Assembly: GCA_035084275.1 (NCBI GenBank)
Contig: CM068757.1
Location: 12,214,001 to 12,278,000 of the forward strand
From: Hydrolagus colliei
Taxonomy: Eukaryota
Reading direction: 5' to 3'
DNA length: 64,000 bases
Shown: piece after piece, positions 1-13,031 of the stretch
Layout: each line of letters begins with the position of its first letter
Position numbering within the stretch: the first letter of the stretch is position 1
Made by a program: the position numbers and the translations under genes
Notes under the pieces: model-generated
Told to the model about the DNA's origin: nothing
Databases searched by the model: none
The model's input: only the letters and a program-made list of their open reading frames with translations

Positions 1-750
1 TGACCATTGAATAGAAGCCATTCATTTTATGTTATAGTGCCTTGAATTGTTTCAGTGTGGAGCAAGAGCGCCGTAGCTTTCTGAAGGACTCAATGGAGAA
101 GCTAGCAGGATTCGGTGCTATTTGCAGCTCATTGAGGGATCAGAGACCAGCCTGCAGTAATTCGTATCCACTAATTTTAGATATAATCAGGTTGTCAGGA
201 CTCTTCTGATGGTTGTAAATTAATGCAACTGTACTAATAATAATCCTTGCATTTGACATGGCACTTTTCGTACCTTCTAGATGTCTCAAAGCGCTTCTCA
301 GAATATACTGTAAAGTGAATTGACTGTATATTTTGTGGACAAAACCTGGCAGCCAATTGTGCATAGCAGTGTCCCACAAACATTGCTATGTCGTGGATTG
401 AGCAGCCAAATTCTTATTTATTAATGACTCAAAATTCCACCTTAGTAAGACCGCTTACTAAGATCATATTGACTTAAAATGTCGGTCTCCTAGAATTGCG
501 GAATGTTGTTAAATTCACTTTAAAGTCTTAGACACGCAGAGCACACACATACTGGGTCAGCAGTCCACACTGGTGTTTATATTCCACACTAGTCTCCACC
601 TGCTCCCGCTCAGAGGCTGTTATTTCTTTGCCCGCAGTTCTAAAAAAGTTTCCAAGTTGAGGCTGAATTTAAGAATTTTCCATGATTCTTTTTGCAAACT
701 ATACAGATATACATATATATAGATTGTTAGGAAATATTACCTCGGGATAT

Positions 751-1080
751 GTGGAGTCCTGTAGCTCAGTGGTTAGAGCACTCGCCTCACAAGCGTGAGA
801 CCTGTGTTTCGAATCCAGGCAGGTCAGAGCGAAAACTTGGGCAAGTTTCCTTACTCCACACACCTAATAATAATCCATCCCAAAAAAACACAATAATAAA
901 ATTCATCATTTCACTCTATGACTGTGTGTGCGACACTGCTGTGTGCAGTTGGCTGCCACGTTTCACCCACAAATATACAGTCAATTCACTTTACAGTATA
1001 TTCTGTGAAGCGCTATGAGACATCTAGAAGATGTGAAAAGAGCTATATCAAATGCAAGGATTATTATTATTAGGATTATT
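751..1080 (+). mobile_element. Full-length tRNA-derived SINE, short subfamily. Other copies at 1925-2270(-), 11610-11885(-), 27453-27760(+), 34960-35250(+) and 54065-54350(+)
   Basis: A box TAGCTCAGTGG, B box GTTTCGAATCC, conserved body ...gggacactgctgtgcgcaattggctgcc... and aaatgcaagga(tta)n tail; more than 25 full or partial copies in the window. Confidence 0.92.
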
Positions 1081-1119
1081 ATATAATATATAGTTTGGGA
1101 CATGACATGTGTTTGCCAG

Positions 1120-1183
1120 GATGGTGGAAGGCAAATTGCATGAACTTTGGGCTTCTGTTGCCTTATCGCAAGTTCTTATGTTT
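1120..1183 (+). CDS. Candidate upstream exon of long IRAG1 isoform (MVEGKLHELWASVALSQVLMF)
   Basis: tttgccag acceptor and gtgagt donor; open frame ending in phase 0, compatible with exon 1450. The polypyrimidine tract is weak. Confidence 0.4.
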
Positions 1184-1449
1184 GTGAGTTCATTCTTCGG
1201 CTTGGTGGCAAAATCTTCTCAAAACAGCTGCCGAGGTCAGATGGAAATTTGGGCCACAATAAAGGGCCTGGGCTTTCCAGAAGTCTTTGCAAAGCCACCT
1301 TCTCAGTAGAAAGGAGACTTGCCCATCGCCTTTGCCCATTGCTCAGTAGGCAGTCCTTGAGTACCTGACAACCACAAGTGACTTGGTTTTGAGTTTCAAG
1401 TGGTGAGGTGTATCATGACGTTTACCCTGTTTTGTTTAACCATCTTAAG

Positions 1450-1613
1450 GAGCTGAAGAAGGAGCTCAAGCAGCTGATGCTGAGTGTTGTGCAGAAGCTT
1501 CATCGCTTGTCACCAATTAAAGAATCTTGGCATAAAACAGTCGCTAAACTGGAACAGGCATGTCTGCAATGTCACCAGCAGTACCTCAAAGCCAAGCACA
1601 ACCTGACAAAAAT
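1450..1613 (+). CDS. Coiled-coil coding exon, putative N-terminal extension of IRAG1 (ELKKELKQLMLSVVQKLHRL...KAKHNLTK)
   Basis: Pyrimidine tract plus ttaag acceptor and gtatgt donor; 164 nt ending in phase 2, matching the phase-2 start of exon 2635; heptad-like L/K/E pattern. Confidence 0.65.
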
Positions 1614-2634
1614 GTATGTAAATTCCTACTAATCAATCTAACTGAGTGATGTACTGTAATATACCAGGGACCGACCATATGTGGAGTCCTGTAGACTAGT
1701 GGTCAGAGCGCTCACCTTGCGAGCGAGAGGATCAAGGTTTGAATCCAAGGTGGGGTGAAACCTCAGGCAAGTTTCCCTACTCAACATGCCTCTGTTCACT
1801 CAACAGTAAGTAGGAACCTGATGTCTATTCTGAAATTGCCCCTTTGCAACTCAGCGCTCTTCATCTGCTGCCCTGGAGTGTCTGGATACATTGTTCTGGG
1901 CTTTTTTTTGGCCTATTTCCCATATAATAATAATAACAATAATAATCCTTGCATTTGATATAGCGCTTTCCACATCTTAACAACGTCCCAAAGCGCTTCA
2001 CAGAATATACTGTAAAGTGAATTGACTGTATATTTGTGGGCGAATCGCGGCAGCCAATTGCGCACAGCAGTGTCCCACATACAGTCATGGATTGAAATGA
2101 CCAATTTTATTATTGTGTTTTTTTTTGAGGGATTATTATTAGGCGTGTGGAGTAAGGAAACTTGCCCAAGGTTTTGCCCTGACCTGCCTGGATTCGAACA
2201 CAGGTCTCCCCAGCTTGGCCTCCCCAGCTTGCAAGACAAGTGCTCTAACCACTGAGCCACAGGAGCTCCATATACTGTACTGTAGTATAATATGGGATGA
2301 GATAAAATGGCTGGAGCGGCTTTCATTTTCTCAACTTGTTTAAAATTTCCTAGTGATTCTAGCCCCTTATCCCATCCCCAGCTTCCGCCCTCTGCTCAAT
2401 GAATTCGGGCTTGCTCCATATTATCCCTTCCCCAAAATGTGGCACCAGAAATGGCTGAACTTTCCAATTCTACATTCCTAACTTTGGAGCTCACTCCCTT
2501 GACCCCTCTCTATTTAGCTTCAAGTCCCACCTCTCCAATCACGCTTGTTTTCACCTCTCCGATTCTCCCCTTGCTCCATACCCACTAGCACCACCAATCA
2601 TTATCCTTCTTAACTTGTTGTTCCTGTTGCATAG

Positions 2635-3289
2635 AACCAAAGAACTGGAACTTCAGAAAAGGCTGAAGGAAGAGGCGGAAAATAAAGCTGTCTATGCTCA
2701 GTGCCGGGCAGAGGAGGCAAAAGAGGTTCTCAGAACCAGCCACGACCAACAGGCCAGGAAGAGCATGGAACATGTGAAGGAAGTTAAGGACGAGGCAGGC
2801 ATCTTGGTGATGGAGGAGACGGTCAAGGTGTTGGGCGGGGTAGTGGCCTGTTCGGAGTGCGCGTCGCTGGAGACCAGGCTGAAAGTTGGTGAACCCGAGG
2901 AACGAGAAAAAAGAATGGAGGAGAGTATGGCAGCTGCTCCGGAGAGCTCTGAGGGGAGAGCTCAGTCTGAAGTAGACAGGGCCAATGAGGCAGAGAGACC
3001 AACGGTGGAGGCTTTGCAGGCAGCAGAGGAAGGAAGGGTAGCAGATGGGGTCCTGATAGAAGAAATGGAGAGGGTGAAGGAAGAAGTCAGGCAGAACCTG
3101 TTGGAGACCAGTGGGAAAGTGACAGAAATGGAACACAAAGAGGCTGGGATGGAATGGATGGTCAACGCACCACATTGTATGACAGGCAGAGGTACAGCGG
3201 GGGTGTTGGACGAAAGCTTGTTTGGCCAAGCCGCAAGCTCAAAGAGCGGGAAGAAAACCCCAGCGGGAAATGTGAGGGAAGGAAAGGAG
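2635..3289 (+). CDS. Large Glu-rich/coiled-coil coding exon (TKELELQKRLKEEAENKA...NVREGKE), putative N-terminal extension of IRAG1
   Basis: Lies within the 256-aa ORF 2615-3385; acceptor ttgttcctgttgcatag, donor gag|gtacgt; 655 nt, phase 2 to 0; purine-rich coding composition, not repeat-derived. Confidence 0.75.
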
Positions 3290-6200
3290 GTACGTACCGT
3301 GTTTTTAATGTCTGACAGTGATGGGAGTGGAATAGGGGAAGGAGCCCAACTCCTCTCTTCACAGAGGATCCATGTTCAAGTCTGAACATCACATATCACT
3401 CAAAACCTGTGTCCCTCACTGGCAATGCCAACCTGAGTTTACAGTCCAGACTAACATTCCAGTGCAGTGACATGGGAACATCAAGTATTGGAAGTGCCGT
3501 CCTTCAGATGAAAAATTAAGCTGAGAATTGTCTGACCTCCGATCACATTGTACGACTCAAAAAGAGAAGGGAATTCTCCTGGTGCCTGCCCCAGCCAGCA
3601 ATCCCTCCTCCCCCCACCCCAGCCCCCCACCATCAGATAATAATACTAGAAATTATAGTACTGTAATAATAATAATCCTTATATTTGATAAAGCACCTTA
3701 TCATGTTGTCGAGTCGTCCAAAGTGTTTGGTAAAAAATTGATTGACTATGTACAGTATTTTGTGGGTGAAACATTAGCATCAACGGAGACATTAACCTAT
3801 CCGATCTTCATTCTGTTTGTGAGACCTTGCCCAATGCAAACCGGCTGCCCCGTTTACCACCATGTATGGTCACTGCACGTGACAGAAATTACTGTAGCTG
3901 GGAAGAGCTTTGAAGTCTTTTAGGCGCTACATTCAAATGCAAACTCAACTGCTGTGGCATACATTTAAGTTGGATTACGGATAAATTTTAATTTCCAGTA
4001 AAGAAACACGATGAGGACTGAAATAGACTGTTTCCTAACAGCACACTACAGAATGTCATAGCATGGGACCCTGCCAATACCAAAAGTTATTTGCAACATA
4101 AACTAATGGTAGCAAACAGTAGTTGTGATTTCAATTGAGCATTCAGATTCACTCGTCACAATGCAAACTCTGAACCCAGGTCCATTTCCCCAATAGGTAA
4201 CCAAGAAGTGTGTGTACTATAGGATCCCCATACTGAGCTCCCCACTCCCTGATGTTTATAGTAAGATTAATTATAACCTCTGGTAATAAGTAACATGGAT
4301 TCAATCCATTTTAACGACCTTTTGACATTTAACTCATCAACCAGTCCAGTGGAATCTGAATTAAAAAGAGAAGGAAATTTCTTTCTCTTGGTGTCCTGGC
4401 CAACAAACCCCACAATAAAATTAGTTGTTGACTTCATTGACTGTTTGTGGGACAACATTCCACACACAATTGGCTCAGTTTCTGTATTTTCAGGATTTAT
4501 AGTTAATCCTGTGATGTACTTTGAAGCATCCGCTTGGCATGAAAGGAGCTACGTCAAATGCAAGGGTTATTATTATTGTTTCACAAGCACCAATGAGCAA
4601 TGTGTTTGCTTTCATAACATGAGAAAATTAAATTGACCTTATTTGTATTTGCAGTTGAGTTTAGTCATGGCACCCATTGAAACTATTTTTTATGAATAAC
4701 GTTAAAGCAACTGGGTAGGTCTGGGGAACCAAGATTGGAGGGGACGGAAGAAGGCCGGTGTGTAACTGACGTTATTTGCATCAAAATTTAGTTTTTTTTT
4801 AAATAAAAAATATTAAATGTGTTTTATTCCCTTTTATAAGAAAGGTAAGGCTTTTTTTTTTACTTTTGAAGGCCACATAGACCCGTTGAAGTGAGATTTT
4901 TGTGATGGAGCGAGCACAAAACCCACAGAGTTCATTTAAAAACAAAACATTTACACTTATTATTTGAACGCGGGGATAAATAATCCCCGTTGTCGTTAAT
5001 GTTCATGAAAACATTTACCACATTCTACAAATGTTTGGACGGTCTGGGCAAATGAAGCCTGTGTGTTTTATTACTCATTGCTTCCTGTTTGTTTTTAACA
5101 TTTTAAATATAACCCAAAACTTCATTTGGGAGATTCATCCATGTAAATATTCACAAGTTTTTTTTATTAAGTCATAGATTTTCTTCCCCACTCATATACA
5201 GTCTGTCGTGTAGCCTACCTTAGTGGTTAGAATGCTCGCCTCACAAACGAGAGGACCTGGGTTCGATTTCTGGGCAGGTGTCTTTACTCCACAAGCCTCT
5301 GTTCACCTGGCAGTAAACTGTTTGTTACCATCGCTTTTCCGGGGGTAAAATTCCCTTTTGTTTCAAAATAATAATCTGGTCACTCGATCCACGACTGTTT
5401 GTGGGGCACTGCTGTGCGCAATTGGCTGCTGTATTTCGCCCACAAAATATACAGTCAATTCACTTTAGAGTATATTCTATGAAGCGCTTTGAGACATCTG
5501 GAAGACATGATGAGGCACAAAATCAAATTATATATGTATTTTGCACTAAATTTACATCATAACAGTTTGCGAGTATGCGTGCAAAATCATGGGAAAATAT
5601 CTTTGCACAATACACATGCAAAAAGAAATCTACATCCAGACTTTGAACCTATTCCTGGCAGCTGTGACCTTTTAGTCATTGTGAAATCTTTCTGTGGCCA
5701 AGCCACTGAGGTCAGAAACTGTACCTAGGTTCGCAACCCATGTGGCCATAAAGGTTTAAGATAACAATAACAACTTGCACTTATATATCTCTCATGCAGG
5801 GTAGCGTCTCAGTGCACGTTGCCATAGGATTGCACAAAAACAAAATCCTAAATTTAGTCTTTGAATCTGGAGGCTGGCTTCTTCAAAACCTACTCAAAAA
5901 TAATCCCTCAAGAAAAAAAACAAGAATAAATTGATTATTTCAATCCACGACTGTTTGTGAGATACTGCTGTGCGCAATTGGCTGCCGCATTTCACCCACA
6001 AATAGACAGTATATTCTGTGAAGTGCTTTCAGGCATCCAGAAGACGTGATAAGTGCTATATCAAAAATCTTCCAAAAATCTCTTCAAAATGGAAATGGGT
6101 TAATTTCTTCACGGCTGTGTTGTGGAGCATTGCTATGTGCAAATTGGCTGCCATGTCCTCGGTTCTTCCAAGCAAGATGGGTCAAAGCATCACCAGATAA

Positions 6201-6990
6201 TCGCTCCTTTGCTAAAGTCATCTCCACTGGATCCATTGCCGTTTCATGTACCAGCAATGTACACATTTTGCAGAAAGACGTTGGGTTTGATAATACAGCA
6301 GTTTGGAACCTCAAAAGATGTCAATCGTCATTTCGGAGTACTGTACTGGTAACTTAGCAACGGAGGCAAACCGATCGTTGTAACTAATAACGTTGCTTAG
6401 TTTTACTGCTTGAAATTATGATTGTGTCCATTGGTTAGCCTCCAAGCTGTCCTGTGCTGTTGTGTTGAAAGATTTAGACATTGAAATGCATTGAATCTCG
6501 TCAACAATACTGTAATCCTGGCACTCCATATTGGGCCTTAACATGATGTTGAAACATCTCAAAGTGCTCCACAGGAAATATTGTAGATGTGAATGAAAAG
6601 AATTTGTAGACAAACGCAGCAGCCAATTCGAGCACAGCAATGTCGCATAAACACCCGTTGAGTGAACGAACATATTGAGGATTGTCGGCCAGGACATGGA
6701 AGAGAAAACTCCTTTCTCTTTGCGAATAGGGATCTTTAACCTTCACCTGAAACAAGGACCGGCTCTCCAGCAATGAAGCAGCCCCTTCAATGCTGCGCTG
6801 GAGTGTCCGCCTGGACGGTGAGGTTAAAGCCACAACCTTCTGACTCAACGGCCAGAGCGCGACCGACTGCGCCAAGCTGGCCATAACCAATGGTACAGCC
6901 AAGACCACAGGTCTTCTTGTTTCTTACACTGTGTACACACATGTTCATGCAATGAGCTCTAAATGATCTTCTCTTGGCCCTACATCACAG

Positions 6991-7141
6991 TGTATGGGAG
7001 GTGGTCCGTCCCTGGTGGTCCGCACACAGGGCTCTGCAGAAAGGATTGTCGAAACCCTCCGGGAGGAGATCTCGACCACGCACAAGTGGGACCCACCACT
7101 AACAAACAGCAGCCCACAATCAGAAGACAAGATAACAGACG
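6991..7141 (+). CDS. Coding exon (CMGGGPSLVVRTQGSAERIVETLREEIS...SEDKITD), putative IRAG1 extension
   Basis: cacag acceptor and g|gtgagc donor; 151 nt, phase 0 to 1, fitting both neighbours. Confidence 0.6.
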
Positions 7142-8180
7142 GTGAGCAAAATAGCAACATGTTCCCTCTCTTCCCCCACCCCCACATCTCACCACCCCCG
7201 AACGTGTTGTGGGCTGTGGCAGCCATTGGCCCCAGCTGTTGCTGGAAGGAACCCCATTGAAAATTAAATAGTTCTCTGTTCCTTTGTATACAAGCGTTTA
7301 GGATCGTTGTGAAATATTCCGTGTTTCTATTTGTGTGGAGGAAGAGGGTGGGGAAGGTCGCATCTAGTGTAAATATTTGTAGATCCAAGAAATAAGACAA
7401 AAAACCCATGACCTATTCACTCAGCCATTGGATTCTCTAACCACATCCTTTTGTATCACTTGAGGATAAAGAACCAGTTTCTAAAAATAATTGGTTTCAT
7501 GAGAAAAAAAAAACTTCTGATTTTGATCTCGTCAATCTCTGCTCTCGATTGAAATATTTCTGCTCTGAAATGGGCAGTGACTACAGAGGATTAAGGAATG
7601 CAGGCACAATTTTAGAAACAGCTAAGGAAGTGCGAGAAACCAGACGTCCATCTTAAGTTTTCTGCTCTCGCGAGTTCAAAGTCCCGACACAGGGCTTGAA
7701 CCCACAACCTTCTGACTCAGGGCCGAGATGGTAATGACTGAGCCAGGTTGACACTTATGCATCTTAGCTATTTTATTACATGCGGAATTAAGAACGTAAG
7801 TCAAAATGATGCAGTTCAGGTCAATGGGTGGGATACAGATTGAACATTTTGGGCCTTTACACCGAATTACTCATTATTTTGTGCTCCTTTGCCTATCTGC
7901 CCTGTACAAAGTCGAGAAACGGAGAGACAGAGAGAGGAGATATGATGGGGCCTGGAATACAATCCACCCTACACGATAATCAAATAAAACAGAAACAAGA
8001 AAAAAAAAGCTGATATAAGAATTGAAAAGAGTGGGAAATGAAGAGAGAAAGGAACAAAACACGAAAAGAAGAAAAATATCAGTCTTGTGAAAGTTAGACT
8101 GAGAATGAGAGAAAAAGAATTAAAGAGTGTCAGCCCTGTAAAAATGATGGAGAATAAGAGTGAGAGAAAGAAAAGAGAAA

Positions 8181-8369
8181 NNNNNNNNNNNNNNNNNNNN
8201 NNNNNNNNNNNNNNNNNNNNNNNNNNNNNNNNNNNNNNNNNNNNNNNNNNNNNNNNNNNNNNNNNNNNNNNNNNNNNNNNNNNNNNNNNNNNNNNNNNNN
8301 NNNNNNNNNNNNNNNNNNNNNNNNNNNNNNNNNNNNNNNNNNNNNNNNNNNNNNNNNNNNNNNNNNNNN
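8181..8369. other. Assembly gap (189 N) next to GA-rich low-complexity sequence
   Basis: Run of n. Confidence 1.
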
Positions 8370-8631
8370 AGGAAGAATCTCTTGTTGGATGTAAATAATT
8401 AGCATCCCTTTGATTGGCCGTATGTGGAGTCGGTTGCCTGGTTATTGTTGCCCTGAGTAATGGGAACAGACAGGTGCAGATGATAAAAAAAATGGTGGCT
8501 GAGAAGTCAGATATTGTCATACAGTGTGGGCCCGTTTCCCCCCCACACACACACATCTCTGCTTTGTGCGTCACGCTTTTGAATTTTACTCCACTGCCCA
8601 GGCTGCTGCAGTGTTTTGCTAAATGAATCTG

Positions 8632-8735
8632 TGGTGAGTGTGTGTGTGAGTGTGCGTGTGAGTGCGTGCATGCAAGAGTGCGTGCGAGAGTACGTGTGTG
8701 AGTGTGAGAGTGCGTGTGTGTGAAAGTGCATGTGC
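8632..8735. repeat. Imperfect (GT)n microsatellite; a similar (CA)n lies at 50709-50800
   Basis: Direct reading. Confidence 0.85.
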
Positions 8736-8788
8736 GGTGGTTCAACCTTAGCATTGGTGCTGACCTGGAGTTTGCAATTTACTGACAG

Positions 8789-8853
8789 GAAGCACCGAGC
8801 CCAGACAACCGGAGGGGGTCGGTGGAGACAGGAATGACAATAGCAAAGTCAAG
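8789..8853 (+). CDS. Coding exon (GSTEPRQPEGVGGDRNDNSKVK), putative IRAG1 extension
   Basis: tgacag acceptor and aag|gtatgg donor; 65 nt, phase 1 to 0, bridging 7141 to 30794 in frame. Confidence 0.55.
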
Positions 8854-11800
8854 GTATGGAAGAAAAAAATGCATGGAAATATAACGACATCTCCTGATTT
8901 CAGTAGCTCAAATTTGCGGAGTCATTCTTCTGCCTTGCTCTCATGAGCGCAGTGACTTGTGTGTGTGTATGTGTGGTCCACACACAGGGAAGTTAGCACT
9001 CCACCAAATAACTGTAGGCCCTGGGATCAGAGTGTATTATTGGCAGTGGCTATTATTGGCTATGATTGACCATTGACTGCAGTTTTATAGTCCAAAGCTA
9101 ATAAAGAGCTGGATTGCGTCTTGACTCTGTGTTGTGGGTGAGTGGTATGTGCAGTTTTGGCCACCTTACTATCTAACAGACATTGAAGGTTGGAGTGGGT
9201 TCAGAGAGAAGAAGATTTGTGAATCGGAGACCAGTGGTGAACATTTTGAAAGAATTGAAATTCCTTCGCAAATTCTTCCATTTCCAATAGAGAAATGATT
9301 GAGGGACCAAGTTGCCTCGCTCTGCTTCATGCTTTCATCTGTTCTTAATGTTTAAATTGTACAGAGAGTAAGCGAGGTTTGGCAGTGATTTACTCGCCCA
9401 GTGGTTCAAATGGATTATAGACAGAGTTAGGCATATGTGGGAGACATTTGGATGCAGCAATCTGATTGAAAGGTTTAGATAGATTAGAGAGCACCATGCA
9501 TATATGGGAGTAATTACAAGGTTGTAATCTGATCGCAGGACTCAGATGGTGTATAAACTACAAGTGTGTGCTCAAGAAGTTTAGACAATTTATCTCAACC
9601 CAGAGATTAGATTAACGTCTTGAAATCAATCCACAGTGTCTGCTGTTTACGATATGTGATGCTCTCAGATTCACGTAGGAAGCGTCTTCTGTTTCTGGTA
9701 GCAATTGGCTGCGGTAAGGGAGAAAAATGGAGTGGATACAACAACTTGCATTTATATAGTACCCTTTACAAGCTGTAGCATCTCAGCACACTAAACAGTG
9801 GTGCAATTTGACCTTGAGAGAAGGGATCTAGCACAAGGCACAGTCAAAGAGTATTCAGGTACGATCTGAAGTTGGGCGCAAGTCAGAGGGATTGAGGCAG
9901 AGAGGTTCAGTGTCTCGAACCACAGTGAATGCTCAGAGAAGAATGAGATCAAATGGGTTGAAGAGACTTCTTTATCTGAACCTCTCCTCTGATCTCTTGG
10001 GATCTAGTGGTCTGGATTTCTTTATTGCTCCCAGTGGCATTTTGTCTTCTGAAAATACTGAATACATTCACACAAGCACAGTAATATTTCCCATGGCTTC
10101 GGTTCTGGTTCTTTGATGATTTTTCTTTTGTTTGCGGGGGGAGGGAGAGGGAATGATTAGCCATTTTGCTTCGAGTGGTTCGAGTGGCAGCAAAGGAAAG
10201 CAAGCTGGCTGTGTGTTTCGGTCTCAGGCTACATTGGGCTCAGCTGATTGAAGCCCCCACTACACATGGCCTGGATCTTATAGGTTTGGCAGCAGCTTTC
10301 AGCAATTTGATCATCATCGTGATCCCTCCCATGACCTTCCAGCTTGGAGCTTTGAAAAGTTAAAGTGTGTGCACAGCTTCCTGCTCAGCTCTGTTAACTG
10401 AGTACTGTACATATCCAGGGAGAGAGCGTTCGTCATGTCTTATGAATGTTGCTTCATTGATTCTTTTTGTTTTAGTGACTGGTAACCACCGCTATGCAAT
10501 TCAAGGGGGATAACAGAGACTTGTTGCAATAAATAGTAATAATCCTTACATTTGATATGCGACCTTATCCCGTCGTTGAGGCATCTCAAATTGTTTCACA
10601 GAATATATTGTAAAGTGGATTGATCGTGCGTTTTGTGGGTAGAATCATGGAACATGTTACAGATTGGATGACATGCGTGTTCGGGCGTGTGTTACTGGTA
10701 TGACAGAGCATGGTTCACCACCGCTTGCGCATACTTGTGCAATTGCAGCGAAAGTAAAAGCGATTAAAAAGCATCTGAAATCATTTTACCTTCTGGGAAA
10801 ATAGTCTTCTCCATTACAGTCCGAGGTACACAAGAACTGTGCGGTAGAAAAGTTTAATAAATATTTTAGGCTGGATTCCCAAACAGCAGATTTTCCTGAT
10901 AAATTAATGACTTTGCAGTGATCAGAAACGGTGTGACAAGCCCTCTAACAACTCCATTAAAATCAAGCACCTAACTCAGCCTGGCTCAGTTGGTGGTACT
11001 GTTGCCTCTGAGTCAAAAGGTTCACATGGAGGACTTTGAATTTATAGTGCACTCTGTAGATGGTGGATTCCTGTAGCTTTTTGGTTAGAGTACTCGCCTT
11101 GCAAGCGAAAGGACCTGGGTTCAATTCCCATACAGGGCAAAACATTGGACAACTTTCCTTACTCCACACCCTCTGCAGTAAATAGAAACACTGATGTTAG
11201 TCGATTGGCGGATGGTTCTCCAAAGTTAAAAATCCCTTTAAAAAACTATATTTTAATTCACGATTCCGGATACTGCTGTACACCATTCACTGCCGCATTT
11301 CGCATACAGAATATAGAGTCAATTAACTTTACACTATATTTTGCAAAGTGATTTAAGGCATCTCGAAGAAGGAATAAGGCACTATATCAAATGCAAGTAT
11401 TATTATTCTCATTATTGTCTGTCTTATTATTTGGCTGATGTTCTAATGTTTGGGATGAGCTGCTTTGTTGGAGGTGGCATCCTTTGGGTGAGACATTAAA
11501 CTGTTCAGGTGGGCGTTAACAAACCCTCGGAGTTATTTAAAAAGAGAACAGAGATTCTGGCGGTGTCCTGGCAACAATCAAGCAAATAAAAATATTTCAT
11601 AACTGTTTGTGTGACATTTGTCAAATTCAGGATGCTCTGAAGAATGCTGCATAAATAGAGTGAATTGTACATTTGTGGGTGAAACGCGGCAGCCAATTGC
11701 GCACTGTAGTATCCCACAAACAGTCGTGGATTGAAATGACCAATTTAATATTGTTTTTTTTCTTAAGGGATTATTATCAAGCATGTGGGGTAAAGAAACT

Positions 11801-12939
11801 TGCCCAAGGTTAAATTCTGCCAGGAATTGAACCCACGTCTCTCGCTTGCGAGGTGTGTACTCTAACCACTGAGCTACAGGACTCCCGAGTATACTCACCT
11901 CTATGATATCTGAAAGCCTGAGCTATGTTGTCTTACTAACTCTTCGCTTCTTATAATTCCCTAGATTGAAATTTAAAAAGAAAGGATGGTTAACGAATGT
12001 TAAAGAGGCATTGTGTGGAACTGGCCGATAATGCAGGCAGCCATGATTTGAGTTGCTTTAGAGTGATGTGATTTGCGTAGGTATATGGCAGTGTTGCGTT
12101 GTGCACACACTTGGTAGTGTACAGCTCACTGCTCAGGCATCTGTGGCAGGCTGGCCATCCAGTACTCTGAGGCTGATAACAATCAGAGCACATGTTGGAA
12201 TTCAGCAGCATGATTTCATCAAAGATTGCGTGTTGCTGAGAGAGAGGGAGAGAGGGAGTGGGGAGCGAACCCAAGAGCAAGAGAATTTTAATGAAGAGTT
12301 ACAATCCTTAATGACGTTCGATGCAGAGCACCTATAATGTTCTGGACTCTGCAAGTGCTTCGCTTGTAATTGCTGAGAACTGGAGTGACTGCATATTAGT
12401 AAGTGAGTGCAGCAGGCAATTAGCGCACAGCAATGTCCCGCAAACTGCAATGAAACGAATGATCAATCAATCTGAGAGATTTTGTGGCAAGACTGGGAGT
12501 TAACAGTTACCAGGCAATCTTCTGTTTTGGACGTTGATTCGCCAATGACTTGCAGATAAGATCTAGGCATTCGTTGACTTGCATCTAAATATAATGCCAG
12601 TTTTCTGACTAGTTACCCTTTCAATAGCTGGGATTGCTATGACCCTGGATGTATCCACACTTTCACAAGAGAGATGTGCAGCTTGTTGGAGCCCTGATTC
12701 TCTCAACCATTATTATTCCCAAAATGTTCCCAACAACAAAATTATATTTATATAGCGCCTTTCACATCAGGAGGACGTCCCAAGGCGCTGGACAGTTACC
12801 GCTTCAGACCCGAGCTGAGGACAGGGGTGCGTGGGGGAAGTGGGGGGATAAGGAGTTGCTGATGGGTCCATCGAAGAGGAGAGTCTTGAGACGAGACTTG
12901 AAAGAGGTCAGGGAGGGGGCAAGGCGGAGGCACTTGGGC

Positions 12940-13031
12940 GGTGGGATTGAGTTGCTCTTTTCAAAGAACCGGCACAGACTAGATGGGCCGAATGGCCTCC
13001 TTTTGTGCTGTAAGATTCTATGATTCTATGA
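12940..13031 (+). mobile_element. CR1 3' end fragment (same family as 33301), adjoining an antisense L2 tail at about 12730-12940
   Basis: Near identity to 34301-34390, including the gattctatgattctatga tail. Confidence 0.85.

Noticed and set aside
38-190. Possible further upstream exon (VEQERRSFLKDSMEKLAGFGAICSSLRDQ...)
   Set aside because: The frame is open and there are two possible acceptors (37, 55), but no convincing phase-2 donor to join 1120. Unresolved without upstream sequence, so not called.
751-825. tRNA-like sequences (A/B boxes, CAC/TGC-like anticodon loop) here and at many other sites
   Set aside because: They are SINE heads: the acceptor stem is imperfect and most continue into the same SINE body and (TTA)n tail.
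2585-3229. 214-aa minus-strand ORF
   Set aside because: Antisense shadow of the purine-rich coding exon 2635-3289.
7969-8754. 261-aa ORF and overlapping ORFs containing X runs
   Set aside because: Artefacts of the N gap plus GT/GA low-complexity sequence.
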